Assembly (NCBI RefSeq): GCF_902713615.1
Contig: NC_052156.1
Location: 152,460,804-152,524,803, forward strand
Origin: Scyliorhinus canicula
Lineage: Eukaryota
DNA length: 64,000 nt
Direction: 5' to 3'
Shown here: piece after piece, positions 24,937-38,556 of the stretch
How positions within the stretch are numbered: position 1 is the stretch's first letter
Layout: every line of letters begins with the position of its first letter
Notes under the pieces: generated by a model
Told to the model about the DNA's origin: nothing
Databases searched by the model: none
The model's input: only the letters and a program-made list of their open reading frames with translations
Translations under genes and position numbers: made by a program

Positions 24937-25437
24937 AAGCACATTGACAAATGGTACATCGACAAACAATGATTGGTTACAGTGCGGATCAAGGGGCCAA
25001 ACAAAGCAAATACATGAGCAAGAGGAGCATAGGTCATCGTGAATAGTGTTCATACAGGGAACATATCAGTCCGCGGGAGAGTCGTTGAAGAATCTAGTAG
25101 CTGTAGGGAAGAAGCTGTGTAGGTCTTCAGACTTCTGTACCTTCTGCCTGATGGAAGGGTCTGGAAGAGGGCAAAGCCTTGGTGTGAGGGGTCTCTGACA
25201 ATGTTGTCTGCCTTTCTGAGGCAGCGGGAGATGTTGACAAAATCAATGGCAGCGTGGCAAGCTTGTGTGATGCTTTGGGCTGCGTTCACCACACTCTGCA
25301 GTTTCCTGCGATCTTGGGCCGAGCAGTTGCCATACCAAGCTGTGATGCAGCCGGATAGGATGCTCTCTATAGAACTTCTGTACATCTGCACACCTGTAGA
25401 AGTTTTTGAGAGTCGATGAGACGACCCAAATTTCTTT

Positions 25438-26122
25438 GGCCGGGATTCTCCTTTCTGGGGACTAAGTCCCCACGCCGGCGGGAAAACCGGCACCAATGAT
25501 TCCAGAGTCAACGGGCCCTCAAGGTGAGGAATTCTCACCTGTCTCGGGGGCTAGGTGGATGCTGGAGGGGTTGGCGCTGCTCCAGCTGCCGACTAAGGGA
25601 CTGCACAAGTTTGCGTATGCGCCAAAGGGCCAATGTGATCTCGCGCATGCACGGAACCGGTGACGTGTTTGTGGCATGCACGGGGGGTTCTCTTCTGCGC
25701 GCCGGCTATGGCGGAGTTCTACAGAGGCCGACGGGGAAGGAAGGAGTGCCCCCACGGCACAGGCCCGCCCGCAGATCGGTGGGCCATGATCGAGGGCCAG
25801 GCCACCGTGGGGCCCTCCCCGGGGCGGACCCCCACACCCCCCCCCCTGAGGAACGCACCAGCCGCCTTACCTGCCAGGTCCCGCTGGTCCGTGAGCTGAG
25901 TGATACACTCCGGTGGGACTGGCCAAAAACGGACAGCTGCTTGGCCCATCGGGGCCAGGAGAATTGCCGGCCCCCTGACCGGTGAGGCGTGAACCCCGCC
26001 GCCGCCCAAAAAACAGTGCCGGAGAATACAGCAGCCGGTGTCGGGGCGGCGGGGCGGGATTCGCTATGCCCCCCCCCCCCCAGGGATTCTCTGACCCGGC
26101 GGGGGGTTGGAGAATCCCGCTG
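25438..26122. mobile_element. GC-rich MITE (PIF/Harbinger-like)
   Basis: TIR ggccgggattctcc..ggagaatcccgctg, 3-bp TSD ttt; the host Rex sequence rejoins across it. Confidence 0.8.
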
Positions 26123-27439
26123 TTTAGCTTCCATAGGAAGTAGAGACGTTGTTGGGCTTTCTTGACTTGCATCAACGTGAGTGGACCAGGACAAACTGTT
26201 GATGATGGTGACCCCAGGAACTTAAAGCTATTGACTATCTCCATTTCGGAGCCATTGATGTAGAAGGAGGGTGTCGTGCTCCGCTTCCTGAAATCGATGA
26301 TCATTTCCTTGGTCTTTCCGATATTTAGAGAGAAGTTGTTTTCGGTACACCATGCAACCAAGTGACCCACCACAGTCGTATCATCCACAAACTTAGCGAT
26401 CGAATTGGAGTTAAATCTTGCCACACAGTCATGTGTGTATAGTGAGTACAGTAGAGCACTGAGCACACATTCTTGCAGGGCCCCGGTGTTGAGGGCTATT
26501 GTGGAGGAGGTACTGTTACTTATCCTGACAGATTGCAGTCTGTTGGTGATGAAGTCGAGGATCCAGCTTCACAGGGAGGGGTCAAGTCCAAGATTGCAGA
26601 GTTTGGCTATCAGTCTTGTCGGGATAATGGTGTTGAAGGCGGAGCTGTAGTCTATGAACAGCAGTCTGACAGAGGTGTCCTTGTTGTCGAGGTGTTCGAG
26701 TGTTGATTGTAGAGCCAGTGAGGTAGCATCTGCTGTGGACTGGTTGCAGGGATAGGTGAACTGCAATGGATCAAGACCAAATGGGAGGCTGGCATTGATC
26801 CTTCTCATGACTAGCCGCTCAAAGCATTTCATGATAACAGACGTTAAGACCACCGGTTATTTTTCACCAGTTGTTGAGGCAGGCTACCTTGTTCTTCTTT
26901 GGTACTGGTATTATGGTGGTCTTCTTGAAGCAGGTGGGGACCTCAGAGCGGAGAAGTGAGCTGTTGAAGATGTCTGTGAATACACTTACCAGCTGGTCAG
27001 TGCAGGCTCTGAGTGCTCACCCAGGGACTCCATCGGGCCCACTGCTTTCCGTGGATTCTGAGATAAGGAAAGGACGGAGATAAGGAAAGATTGATACACT
27101 ACTCAAAGGGTAGTAAATCTGTGGAATTCTTTTTTTACCCATAAATTTAGAGTAGCCAATTATTTTTCTTTTTCGAATTAAAGGGCAACTTAGCGTGGCC
27201 AATCCACCTAACCAGCACATCTTTGGGTTGTGGGGATGAAACCCACGCAGACATGGGGAGAATGTCCAAACTCCCACAACCCAAAGATGTGCAGAGTATC
27301 ATCATTGGGTAGAGTCATAAAATCATCGAGTCATACAGCACAGAAAATGCCCTTCGGCCCATCGAGTTTGCGCCGATCAAAAACAACCACTTAACTGCTT
27401 CTCCAGGATGTGTCTGTTTCCTCCCTCCCTCTCTTTTTT

Positions 27440-27665
27440 TTCCTAAATTTAGTAGACCCAATTCATTTTTTCCAATTAAGGGGCAATTTTAGCATGACCA
27501 ATCCAGCTACCATGCACATTTTTTAGGTTGGGGGGGGGGCGAAACCCATGCAAACATGGGGAAAATTTGCAAACTCCATACGGACAGTGACCCAGAGCCA
27601 GGATCGAACCTGGGACCTCGGCGCCATGAGGCAGCATAGCTACTCACTGCGCCACCGCGCTGCCC
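27440..27665 (-). mobile_element. HE1/V-SINE-like SINE (another copy at 27130-27295)
   Basis: Core motif; TSD tccctccctctcttttt. Confidence 0.88.
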
Positions 27666-27902
27666 TTCCCTCCCTCTCTTTTTGAGGGTCCACTGGGGCT
27701 GCAGCTGTACTAGAAAGGGAAGCAGGGAAATCAACTAGTTTCCCTCGAGTTTTTAGTTTAGTTGTGGAGTCCCTTCACAATCTTACTGTAGTCACCGGGT
27801 AACAAAGCTAAACCCAAGACACAGTGTTTGTGAGCATCAAGAAGCAATCTCTAGACTGAAGCCACTTTGGAAGCCAAATGGTGTAAAAATCGGTGAACAT
27901 CT

Positions 27903-28975
27903 TTTTTTTTTAATTTTTTTTAGTTCTCCTCGTTTTTCACATTTTCTCCCAAATTTACACCCAACAATAAACAATAATCAGTAACGAATGCAATGTCAAT
28001 CCCCATTTCAATAAGAACGATCCCATCCTCCCACCTGCCCCCAATCATTAGCCCGCATGTTAACATAAACAAATGACAAAGAGGAATCAGGAATCACCCA
28101 TCGTCACCATTAACACATACAGTCCCCCCTCCCCCCAGCCCTCCCAGCCCGCAGCCCCCCTAATGTTTGATGTGATCCAATTCTTGAAAATACATAATGA
28201 ATAACGGCCATGAATTGTAGAACCCCTCCATCCTTCCCCTCAGTTCAAATTTGACCTTTTCAAGCGTCACAATTTCAACAGGTCCCCCCACCGCACCAGG
28301 GCACAGGGTGGAGAGGTTGATGAAATGAAAATCGCTTATTGTCACGAGTAGGCTTCAATGAAGTTACTGTGAAAAGCCCCTAGTCGCTACATTCCGGCGC
28401 CTGCTCGGGGAGGCTGGTACGGGAATTAAACCGTGCTGCTGGCCTGCCTTGGTCTGCTTTAAAAGCCAGCGATTTAGCCCAGTGTGCTAAACCAGCCTCT
28501 AACACCCTAACAGGATCCGCGATCAACGAGGCAAAGGCTACAACATCTGCCTCCGCGCCCGTTTCCAACCCTGGCTGGTCCAACACCCGGAATATGGCCT
28601 CCCGAGGGCCCGGGTCCAGTTTCACGTGCACCACTTTAGAGATTACCCTAAACACCTCCATCCAGTAATCCTCCAGCTTTGGACAGGACCAAAACATATG
28701 AACGTGGTTTGCGCCCCACCACCCTCTCATACATCTTCTATCCCCTCAAAGAGCCGGCTCAACCTCGCCCTTGTAAGGTGTGCTCTATACGCCACCTTCA
28801 GCTGTATCAGGCCCAACCTCACACAAGAGGTGGAGGCGTTCACCCTCTGGAGCACCTCACACCAGAACCCCTCCTCCATACCCTCTCCCAACTCTTCCTC
28901 CCACTTTGCCTTGATCCCTTCTAGCGGCGCCTTCTCTTCCTCTAAAATAGCCCCGTAAACTGCCGATACCACCCC
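27903..28975 (-). mobile_element. L1/Tx1 3' fragment, same family as 22734-24936 but inverted; contains a family C SINE
   Basis: Near-identical translations (VSAVYGAILEE.KAPLEGIKAKWEEELG; ANHVHMFWSCPKLE); poly-T tail at 27902-27921. Confidence 0.9.
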
Positions 28976-30727
28976 CTATCCGTGAACATCTTTAAAATTA
29001 CATTATGAATGCATTGAACATACACTTTGGACCTTCTCACAGCACACAATCTAATCTGTTATCACCAATATTAATTATTCTGGAAATATTTCAAGGGCAT
29101 TTGAAAGTCGAAACAAGTATTTTAACCCTGGGTTGGTATATTTAATGTAGATTGTATTGTTCAAGTAGTTCCTGAGTGTTTTGTTTGACTGGAGGCTGGT
29201 CAGGAGAAACTTCATTCACTGGAAGCAGTCAGAGTCACGAAGGCTTCAGAAGGAATGTGAAATTGCTTTTGAGAAAGCAAACAGAGCTCTTTCGAGATCA
29301 GTAAATCCTAAATTAAGATGACGTTAGTTCATTCCAACAAGGCTCAAGCTTGTTCAAACTTGACATATCCTGTGGGGTGCCCGGTTTTATCATGTGACTG
29401 AGCTTTTGCAATTGGTCGTTCCTTCAGCCAGACAGTCACCTGCGCAGCAACACAAGCCCTTTAAAGGTTAAGGGTTTGATACTTTTGTGGGAATTTTTCA
29501 TATAGCTAACACATGTTACTGATAAGTCCTTGACAAAACGTTCTTTTTCTAAAGGGTTCTACCACAGACTGTGCTGAAGGCTGCTGCAGATGACAGATAA
29601 AATCCGTGCCAAACGCATTACTCTGGCCATAAAATAATCCTTCCATAATTTGCACCTGTGTGTTTCTCTTTGTGTATCACTAGATTTGTAAAAGCTCCAA
29701 CACAAGCAAAGAATTGACATGGATATTTGATTATTGCTCACTTCCTAACCTCTGCACGGATTACAGTAAGTCACCAGCCAATCACTCTTGTTCTGAAGAT
29801 GCCTGGTATATAGAATTACATAGAATGTACAGCATAGAAACAGGTCAGTCACCCCACTGGTCGAAGCTCGATATGAGCCTCCTCCCACTCTCTTTCAATC
29901 TACCATTTCCTTCCATTATGTGCAGACCACCCAGTGAGTGTTGACATCGGTGCTTGTCTAATGACTGTCCACCACAATAGGTGGATAAACATGGTCTCCA
30001 GGGGTTGGTGAGCTCCAAGGTGTTAACCTTGACCATGAAAATTGCAATCAAATCTCTGTGAAAGCCTCAATGACGTCCGTGGCAAAAACTGGAATTGGCT
30101 TTTATTTTAGTTAAATGTTTACAATTTTGTTTACATCCGTCAAAGTGTTCCTCCATGAATGAAAAAATCCAACCATTTCTCTTCCACTCCCGCAGTGATC
30201 AGGCTCTCGATTCCAAGTCTTTGCTGAAGAGCAGATTGATGTGGCAAAGAAGGCTGGAGGACACGAACATTTGCAACCTGGCAGGTTGATCCATTTTGCT
30301 CGATTGAAGCTATTTACCTAAGGCCAAAATGACAATGATAATTCATTCTGTGCAGGCCTCTTGTGTGCAAATCTTGGTACATCTCAAGGAGCTTGGGGCT
30401 TAATGGGCTCCTTCTGTTCATCAGAATCCTCCCACCACTTTGTGTTGATGTTGATGTTGAACCTGCTTTAGCAGTCACTAGACAGCAAAACACAAAACAA
30501 GTACAAAGAAAGACCATGGGCGCGATTCTCTGAGCCCCGCGCCGGAGAGTCGCCGCAACTGTGCTACCGCGCCATGACGATGGTGCGCGATTCTCCGAGG
30601 TGCAGAGACGGCGTGAACACTCAGTCTCCATTTTGGAGAATCGCCCCCCCCTATTTGTCCATATTGAGACCTTAGAGCTTCTGACTGAACAGTACAATCC
30701 GCATCAAGTTAAGAAGCCACCTGAAAG

Positions 30728-31013
30728 TGGTGAACATGTGAATTATACTGCATTGTAATTCACACTGTATTGCATTACGTTGTATTATGTCCTTGTGGGC
30801 TCTGTGTGTGAGCCGTTGCGCGGCTCTGCCCATAGGGGGAGATGAGGAGCTCCCTCGGCTCCGCCCATGGGTCCTCCCACTAACCGGAAGTATAAAGTGC
30901 TGCAGCCATAAACCTGCTCTCAGTTCCTCTGGTCGCAGGCTGGCTCAGTTGCAAGTCTATTAAAGCCACAGTTTACTTTCAATCGTGTGTCTAGTGAATT
31001 GATGGTCACATCA
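30728..31013 (+). mobile_element. Solo LTR
   Basis: tggtgaaca..cacatca ends, TATAAA at ~30891, ATTAAA at ~30959. Confidence 0.7.
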
Positions 31014-31989
31014 GAACAATCCCAGGCTTTCAAAAGGAATTAAATGGATAATTTAGAATATTTATTTAACAGAATCAGAGAATTGGATGTCAAGCCAGGA
31101 AACTCAAAAAGCAAAGCCTTGTCAAGGAAGGGAAAGGTGTTCCTCATTCAAAGGTACTCTGCCTGAGTGAGAGGCCGGCATCGGGAAGGGGGGATTTTCT
31201 GAAAGCCATCCCATACCCTTGCTTCCCACTCCACTCCCTGCTCCCATGACACCCCCCCCCCCCCCGCCCACTATGACTCCATTCCAGCTTCACTCATCTT
31301 TGCCCTCAGACCCCTCGTTGACCTGGGCCTCTGATTAGCTAACGTCTCTTGGAGTGGTTGGGGTGGGGTGGGGAGTTGCAGATTTTCACCCCAGAGTCCT
31401 AAATCTTGGGAAGACCCAATAGTGCCTGATAAACATTTAATCCAGCCCCCCATCATCCAGCAGACCTTGAAAGTGTTAATTTTAGCTTTAATGTCCGCAT
31501 ACGTAACAGGCAAAATGATTTAATCATTGTGTTAAAATAGCATACGCGACACTATTGGCGAGGGGGAAGATTTTCTTCTCAATTTTCTGATTGCAAGTTC
31601 AGATTGATTTTCACCAGCAAGGTATATTGATGCAGCGAGGGGTGATGAGGCATTGCCTGAGTGTGGTATGGTTTCAGCTTATCGGTAGAAAGGACATACA
31701 CAAAAGCTGCATTCATGGTGATATTGGATTGGAATGTGGCAATATGTGATCTTTCATTGCAGTGCGGTTACAACAAGGCTTTGCTGCTCCCCAGAGTGCC
31801 GGCACTGAGGTTACCCTGACCAAAGCTCACTCTGTCACCCCAAGCATTGCATTCATTCTCACTCAACTTGTCTTTTCAGGCATTTGCTGCTTTTCCCTAC
31901 CGATCTTAATTGGGTAGCTGGAGGTAACTTAGTTCCCATCAGAACATCTACTCTTTAATTCAATGTGGAACCATTGCCACTCACTAATT

Positions 31990-32215
31990 TTTTAAAAATA
32001 AATTTTGAGTGCCGAATTATTTTGTTTCAAATCAAGGGGCTGTTTAGCGTTGCCAACCCACCTGCCATGCAAATCTTTGGGTTGTGGGGGTGAAACCCAT
32101 GCAGACACGGGGAGAATGTACAAACTCCACATGGACAGTGATGCAGGGCTGGGAGCAAACCGAGGTCCTCAGCGCCATAGGCACCAGTACTAACCACTGC
32201 GCCACTGTGTCGCCC
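31990..32215 (-). mobile_element. HE1/V-SINE-like SINE
   Basis: Core motif; TSD cactcactaatt. Confidence 0.88.
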
Positions 32216-32579
32216 TGTCACTCACTAATTAAGTTGAGTTCAAGACCCACTCCAGAGTTCAGCACAACAGTCTAGGTTCACACTCCAGTGCAGTATTGAG
32301 AGAGTGCTGCACTGTCAGAGGTGCAGCCACTCGAATGAGTCATTAAACTGTTTTCTTTGTTCATTCATGGAGTGTGGGCATTGGTGGGTCAGCATTTATT
32401 GCCCATCCCAATTGAACTGAGTGGCTTTCTGGGCCATTTCAGAGGGCATTTAAGAGTCAACTATATTGCTGTGAGTTTGGAGTCACATGTAGGTTAGATC
32501 AGGTAAGGATGGCAGATTTCCTTCCCTAAAGGACATTATTGAACCAGATGGCTTTTTCCAACAATTGACAAGGTCATCA

Positions 32580-33215
32580 TTATTACGATCCCAGACCCAA
32601 CAGTGGTGAGGATACCGGATCGAAACCCCAATATTTTAGTTTAATTTAAGACTGTGGAGAAAGAATGATTCGCTCCAGGAGTGATTGCATGAAAAAATAG
32701 GGCTTTGGTATTTCTAAAACAAAACTTTATTATAAATACAATATTGAACTTTTTAACTTCACACCCAAAAAGAACAGCTTACAATTACACCTTAACACTA
32801 CTATGCAATTTCCCATTAAACAACAAACAAAACATACAGCTCTTAATCCAGCTTAATATTAGCAGAGCATTGAGTAATACTTGTATTACAAAACAGATTT
32901 TGGCTCTGGTTGGAACCCTTCAGACTCTGGCTGAATATCTTCCAGTAGCTGCTTCAAATGGGTTGTTTCAGCCTCTTTCTTGTCTTCAGATAAGACTGCT
33001 CTGCTTTAAAATATTTTTTGTTTAAATATCCTACTCGGAATGAATTGTGGACTCATGTTACAGATGCCTGGTCAGTTCTCAACAGTGGTTAAGATACTGG
33101 ACCAGAATCATAAAGTTTTTAACTTTTAAGGGAGTGCAGAAAGATCGATTTGTTCCAGAAGTGATATCATAAGAAATAGGGCTTGGTTATTTTATAAACA
33201 AACTTTATTAAAACA
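32580..33215 (-). mobile_element. Two tandem diverged LTR-end fragments
   Basis: 32581-32740 and 33056-33215 share caacagtgg..gatac.gga..aaatagggctt.ggt..aaactttatta. Confidence 0.55.
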
Positions 33216-33233
33216 CTAAGAAAAACAACATTT

Positions 33234-33460
33234 GGGCAGCACGGTGGCTCAGTGGTTAGCACTGCTGCCTCACGGCACAGAGGTCCCAGGTTCGATCCCG
33301 ACTCTGGGTCACTGTCCGTGTGGAGTTTGCACATTCTCACCGTGTTTGTGTGGGTTTTTCCCCCACAACCCAAAGATGTGCAGGGTAGGTGGATTGGCCA
33401 CGCTAAATTGCCCCTTAATTGGAAAAAATGATTTGGGTACTGTAAATTTATTTTTTAAAA
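33234..33460 (+). mobile_element. HE1/V-SINE-like SINE
   Basis: Full tRNA head, core and A-rich tail. Confidence 0.9.
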
Positions 33461-35094
33461 AACAAAAACACATTGGGCATGATCCATTGACTGCGTCCCA
33501 TTGGAATCAAAGTGTGATGTGACCAGTAGATCCCAGGAGAGACTTCCCCTGGGATTCACGACACCTATATTCCTCGTGAGATCTACGCAGGTCTTGTGAG
33601 GCTTCGCAATCAGGATCTTGTTCACAATGGACGGAACCAAGCCACGGATGCCTAAGTAGGTTTAAAATTCGCTGAGGCATGCTAACCTGGGATCTACCGG
33701 CTCCCAGCATCTTCCAGCCTCTCCAGGGAGGCCCGAGCTGGGTGCCGTTCAGTACTGGTCCACAACTGGTCCAGTGGACCAGGTATTGCAGCACCCGAGG
33801 GGTCTCCCAGGCTATTGGAGGTCCCTGGGTGATCAGAGGAAGGGCAAAGTGGCCATCTCCCTGGAACATAGGCACCTTAGCACTGCCAGGCTGGCACCTT
33901 GGCACCACCACCCCGACTGCACGGGTGGCACTACCAAGCTGACATGAGCACTGTCAGGGTGGCAGCGCCAGGGTGGCAGAGCCAGGATGGCAGAGCCAAG
34001 AGTCAGGGTCTTAGGGGGACCATGCCCATGAATGAAGATGGAGTGGGGTATGAAGGGCGATGTGTGCAGGACGGATATGAAGGGGCCTCCGGAAGATTGG
34101 GCAGGGTTAAGGGTGGCCACATGGAAGGGGGGGGGGCCAAAAGGGATCATGGGAATGGCTTGAAAGGGGGCCCCTCAGCAACCCCATAGCAGGGTGCCAT
34201 CTTCGGTGGGGTGTGGGTGTCTGCATAGGTTTCCTTCCAGAAGTCCCAAAAGACGTGCTGTCCCTCCGTGTACCCGAACAGGTGCCGGAATGTGGCGACT
34301 GGGGGCTTTTCACAGTAACTTCATTGCAGTGTTAATGTAAGCCTACTTGTGACAATAAAGATTATTATTATTATGTGTGTGGGTGGTGATGTTGCCCGTG
34401 GGTGGGAAGTGTGGGTGATCCTCAAGCCCACTTAGAGATCAGGGCACCCCTTCAAAATGGCGGTCTGATCTCTGAGGAGCCCGCCTGGCCAGTGACTTCA
34501 GCTCCCCAGTGATGAAAATAATTCTAAGTGTGGGCTAGCCCAGTGACAAACTCCCTGGGGCCCAGAAAAGTGATTAAGTGTGGTCAGATAGCGGCGGGGA
34601 ACTCGCTAACAGAGCCAGGGAGCAACTCTCAGCAAAACCCGCCACAAAAGACATTTTAGAAACTTTTCTGTCAGATCACGCACATTATCACTGTAGGGCT
34701 CTATTAACTTCCCAGGGACCTCTCCAGTCAATCCACATTCTTCTGGCCAATTTGAGCTGCTTTTTACAAACACGACCATTGTAGCCAAACACACTGTAAG
34801 CCCCAGGCTTTTTATTCTTATGTTTCTCAATATTTAGGAGCCAATAGTCCTAAAATCCTCCATCACAATCATGCAGATTTTTATTGAATTCAAATTTCGC
34901 CATCTGTCCTGATGGGATTGAAACCTAGGTTCCCATAGCATTAGATTTATACTGTTGTTGGGGGGGGGGGGGGGGGGGGGGTTTGTTTAGACGGCCAGCA
35001 TTAGGCGGAGACTGACAAAGATGCTGTGAACAGAAAGTCAAAGGGAATGTAAGTGGTGGTGATAATGACCAAGAAGGGTGCTGATGGTGGCATC

Positions 35095-35265
35095 AAGGGG
35101 GGCACTGGGTCTGGCCCATCTCCAACCTCACATCCACGTGGTACAGAGCATAGTCGGAGATTACTATTGCAGAGTATTCCACTCCTACTACCCCTGGAAG
35201 CACCGATTTATCCACTATAAAGAGGTACACCTTATGGACTTGGGAGAAGAAGGAGTGGCCAGAGA
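35095..35265 (-). mobile_element. L1 endonuclease-domain fragment
   Basis: SFFSQVHKVY..VVGVEYSAIVISDY resembles the end of an APE domain (..ISDH). Confidence 0.6.
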
Positions 35266-36284
35266 AATTGACCACTTTAAAAAGCATCTGTGGGTACAAT
35301 ACCTTGATTGCGCTGAGGCATCCCATGGCCTTACCCCCACATCCTGCCTCACAGTTTGCTGATGCAATGTCTCTGATACATTATGTGACCTTCACTATGA
35401 GCTGAGGCCTACCTGCCCTCCCTGATCCGTGTATGTGTGGCAGAGCGAGAGGAGGATGCAAGGCCCTTTTGTCGAGCACCAACTACCTATTTAGTGATGG
35501 TCAGCTAATGCAGCATGGGATATGATACGATCTTCCTGGCTTGTTCCGCTCAGTTGGATTCAGGTCAGTGTATTCACCGACTGCAATTTGCTTCTATGTT
35601 TGACTTCTAGATTTTCTCTGTGAGCTGTGTGGAAGGAACATTCCTGAAAGTCTGCTGGAGGAGAGCAGAGCCTCGTTTGGTGGAATACTGTGTAAAAACC
35701 TGGGGTGTGCACTGTCCTCAGAGTGTCTGACCCTTAGTTTAAGCACTGGGGCAACCACTCACATCCCAGCCTGAACTTTCAATGTGATGTTCAGGTGGAC
35801 AAGGCTACCAACCGGGAATGCAACATTAAACTCTTTGCCCCCTGCACTCACAAGGAAGGGCATTCAGAGTAACTTATACTATAAGTTGCGACATTGCTGT
35901 TAAGAATAACCCCCCCCCATCTAAAGTATTCCACAAACTACTCAGGTTTTGTTTTGCTGGGTATCTTCAGCAATATTTATCTCAGTTGATACCAACGTCC
36001 TCTTGTTCCTATCTCACAATTTACTACATGACTGGGGGCGGGGGTTAAAGGAGGGGCAGGGAGGGATGAGGGTCCCAGAAACAGGGCAAGCACTGAATCC
36101 CAGTATTTCTCTCCTTGGCCCTGCTGAGGGCCTATTTGCTGTTCCTAGTGGATCAGGTGGATGCTAAGGATCCTGTGCCTTTATTGAAGAACTGCAGTTT
36201 CCTGTTGTTCTGACCAACATCCCTCCCTCAACCTACTCACTTGATGACACAGTTTAACATATAACACGTCTTTCCCCTCTCTTT

Positions 36285-36323
36285 AGTTCTGATGAAGAGC
36301 CAAACGGACTCGAAACGTTAACT
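36285..36323 (+). ncRNA. Minimal type I hammerhead ribozyme motif in a short non-autonomous (Penelope-related) repeat
   Basis: AGUU-CUGAUGA-A-GAGccaaacggaCUC-GAAA-CG-UU-AACU: stem I AGUU/AACU, intact core, palindromic ACGU stem III. Confidence 0.7.
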
Positions 36324-38556
36324 CTCTTTTCTCTCCATACAGGTGCTGCCAGACCTGCAGAGTTTTCCCAGCATTCTCTGTTCTTGTATCCAGATCACTA
36401 GTTGAAAAAAAAATGAAAATCGCTCATTGTCACGAGTAGGCTTCAATGAAGTTACTGTGAAAAGCCCCTAGTCGCCACATTCCGGCGCCTGTCCGGGGAG
36501 GCTGGTACGGGTATCGAACCGTGCTGCTGGCCTGCTTTAAAAGCCAGCTATTTAGCTCAGTTGAATTTAGATAGATAACTGTGGAGAAAGGGAGTGGGAT
36601 TAATTGAAAGCGTTTTCGGAGAGCCAGCATGGACTCAATGGGCCAAATGGCTACAGTGGCCCACGGAACATCAATCACAACATTCCAAAAGTAATCCTAG
36701 TGTTGAGATCATGGAGGCATTTCAGTGTTGATTTCAGGGTGAGTTCTGTTTAGTTTTAACTTATTGCGTCAAAGCCAAAGTGGTGCATCAGGACAGTTTC
36801 ATAAGAAGATCCATATTGTTCTTAATCCCAGTGAGTGACACCAAACTATTTTACAATTAGACATAACTTGTACTTTGACCCCATCCGCTTTACTCTACCC
36901 ATCTTTTAAAACCTTCTCAAAACCCACACATTTGCTGCAGAACACAGGTTGTTGGTGTTTTTATCACCCATTCTGACATAAATGCAAGTTGTTGTTTGTC
37001 TCTACCGTCTGGTTCCAGAGACATTGGGCTAGATTTCAACTATTGGGCAAAGAGAGTGAGGTCTGTCAATCATCCCTCAGGTAGGCCTCAGGGTCCATTC
37101 TTAGAGCCCAAATGATTAGCATGAGGTCTGAGGTTAGAAACAAGCTCCAAGCTAACTCAACATCAGGCCATGCTGCAGGTAGGTGGGGTGCAGGTGGTGA
37201 AAGGGGGAGAGACCTAAAAGATCCCTAGGAGTTAAGGGATGCTACTCATTTGGATCTGTCATCCTGTTGAGAGGAGGAGTCACCGGAAAGCCAGATAAAG
37301 CAACACTCATTTTGGCAGCCCTAGAGGTTCCCAGATCAAGTTTTATTTCCCCAATGTCTCCTTTGAGAGTCAAAAGGAGTCAGGTTGATAAAGAAAGGGA
37401 GGTTCATTCCTGTATTTTTCTCACTGGGGTTGATGTCTCTGATGTTTTGCCACAAAGTGCAATCTGTAAAATGTGATACATGTGAATTAAATAGTTGAGT
37501 TGGATCCAAATGATGTTTGCAGATCAGTTTTTTTGGTGCCAGCATTGTGTGATTTTCACACCAGAATGCCAGACTACGGCCAACAGATGAGTTATTTTAG
37601 TCAATGATTTGTCTTATTACTGACAGGATATCAGATAGTAAATTATTTATAGAGTCTATCTTCCTCAGGTGAGCATTCCTCAGGTTACTGAACAAGGCGA
37701 GCCCATTACACTTCAGCAACATTCCTGGAAGTGTTCATAGTCAGAATCATTTGGCAGGTTAATCTCACAAAAGAAGCAAAGCTTTTATGGAGAAAATGGA
37801 ACTGAAGCGGAGGCTTTATGGAACTCCAACAATGGTGCTCCAGTATTGACACTCACACATTTGTGGTGCACAAGTGAAAGACAATGGCCGGGATTCTCCG
37901 ACCAGACATGGAACTAATACACTCCATGATCTCTTCCAGTTCTAGTGGTGCTTCCAAGCCGTTTTCTGTCCTCCCCCACAACTGGCATGTCCAGTCCGTC
38001 GAGGAACCGTTTCATCCCTGAATCCCCTGCTGGGGGCTCTGAGGTGTACCGCCCCCGGTTGTTTCACTTGAATTTAGCAACATCTGACTGGGATTTTACG
38101 TGGCTCGTCTGCCTTTACGGTTGGCGGGCGGGCAGGTCTATTGGCCAGGCGGCCTTTATGTTTAAGCTGCAACCTCGATCCAGGCTGGCTTGAAAAATCA
38201 GGGATCAAATAAAATTAACCAATGTGTCTAGGGACTGATATCCGGGTATGATTGTGCTGAGTAGATACTCGTGCCATAGTTTTAACATCGACATTTATTT
38301 TTCAGGGGTCAGCAGTTTCCTGAGGCAGCTCCACAGTAGCTATGCCCCCCAGGTAGCACATTGGAAGCAACAGGCGCACCCTCATTTCTTTCAGCACCTG
38401 CCCTCTTCCCACCCTCCCAGCATCGCTCAGCCTTTCCCAGCACGTTTCATGCTGACTGTTGTTAATTGGCTAGACAGCATGAAATCGCGCTCCGCAGCCG
38501 ACCACAGCAGGGAGTACGTTCTACACCCATGTCCAGGCCCGCCATATATGTGTGTG

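Larger units (their letters stand above)
22605..27055 (-). mobile_element. Rex/Babar-like non-LTR element, 5'-truncated, split by an L1 and a MITE
   Basis: [80 protein letters not shown]; (ATCA)n tail at 22607-22622. Confidence 0.88.

Noticed and set aside
29160-29320. Protein-like short frame (..KQSESRRLQKECEIAFEKANRALSRS..)
   Set aside because: No start codon, convincing splice sites or recognisable homology.
38248-38556. N-terminal extension of the 323-aa ORF as a host-Penelope fusion gene
   Set aside because: The upstream part is unrelated flanking DNA that happens to be in frame, and the Penelope frame stops within the GIY-YIG domain.
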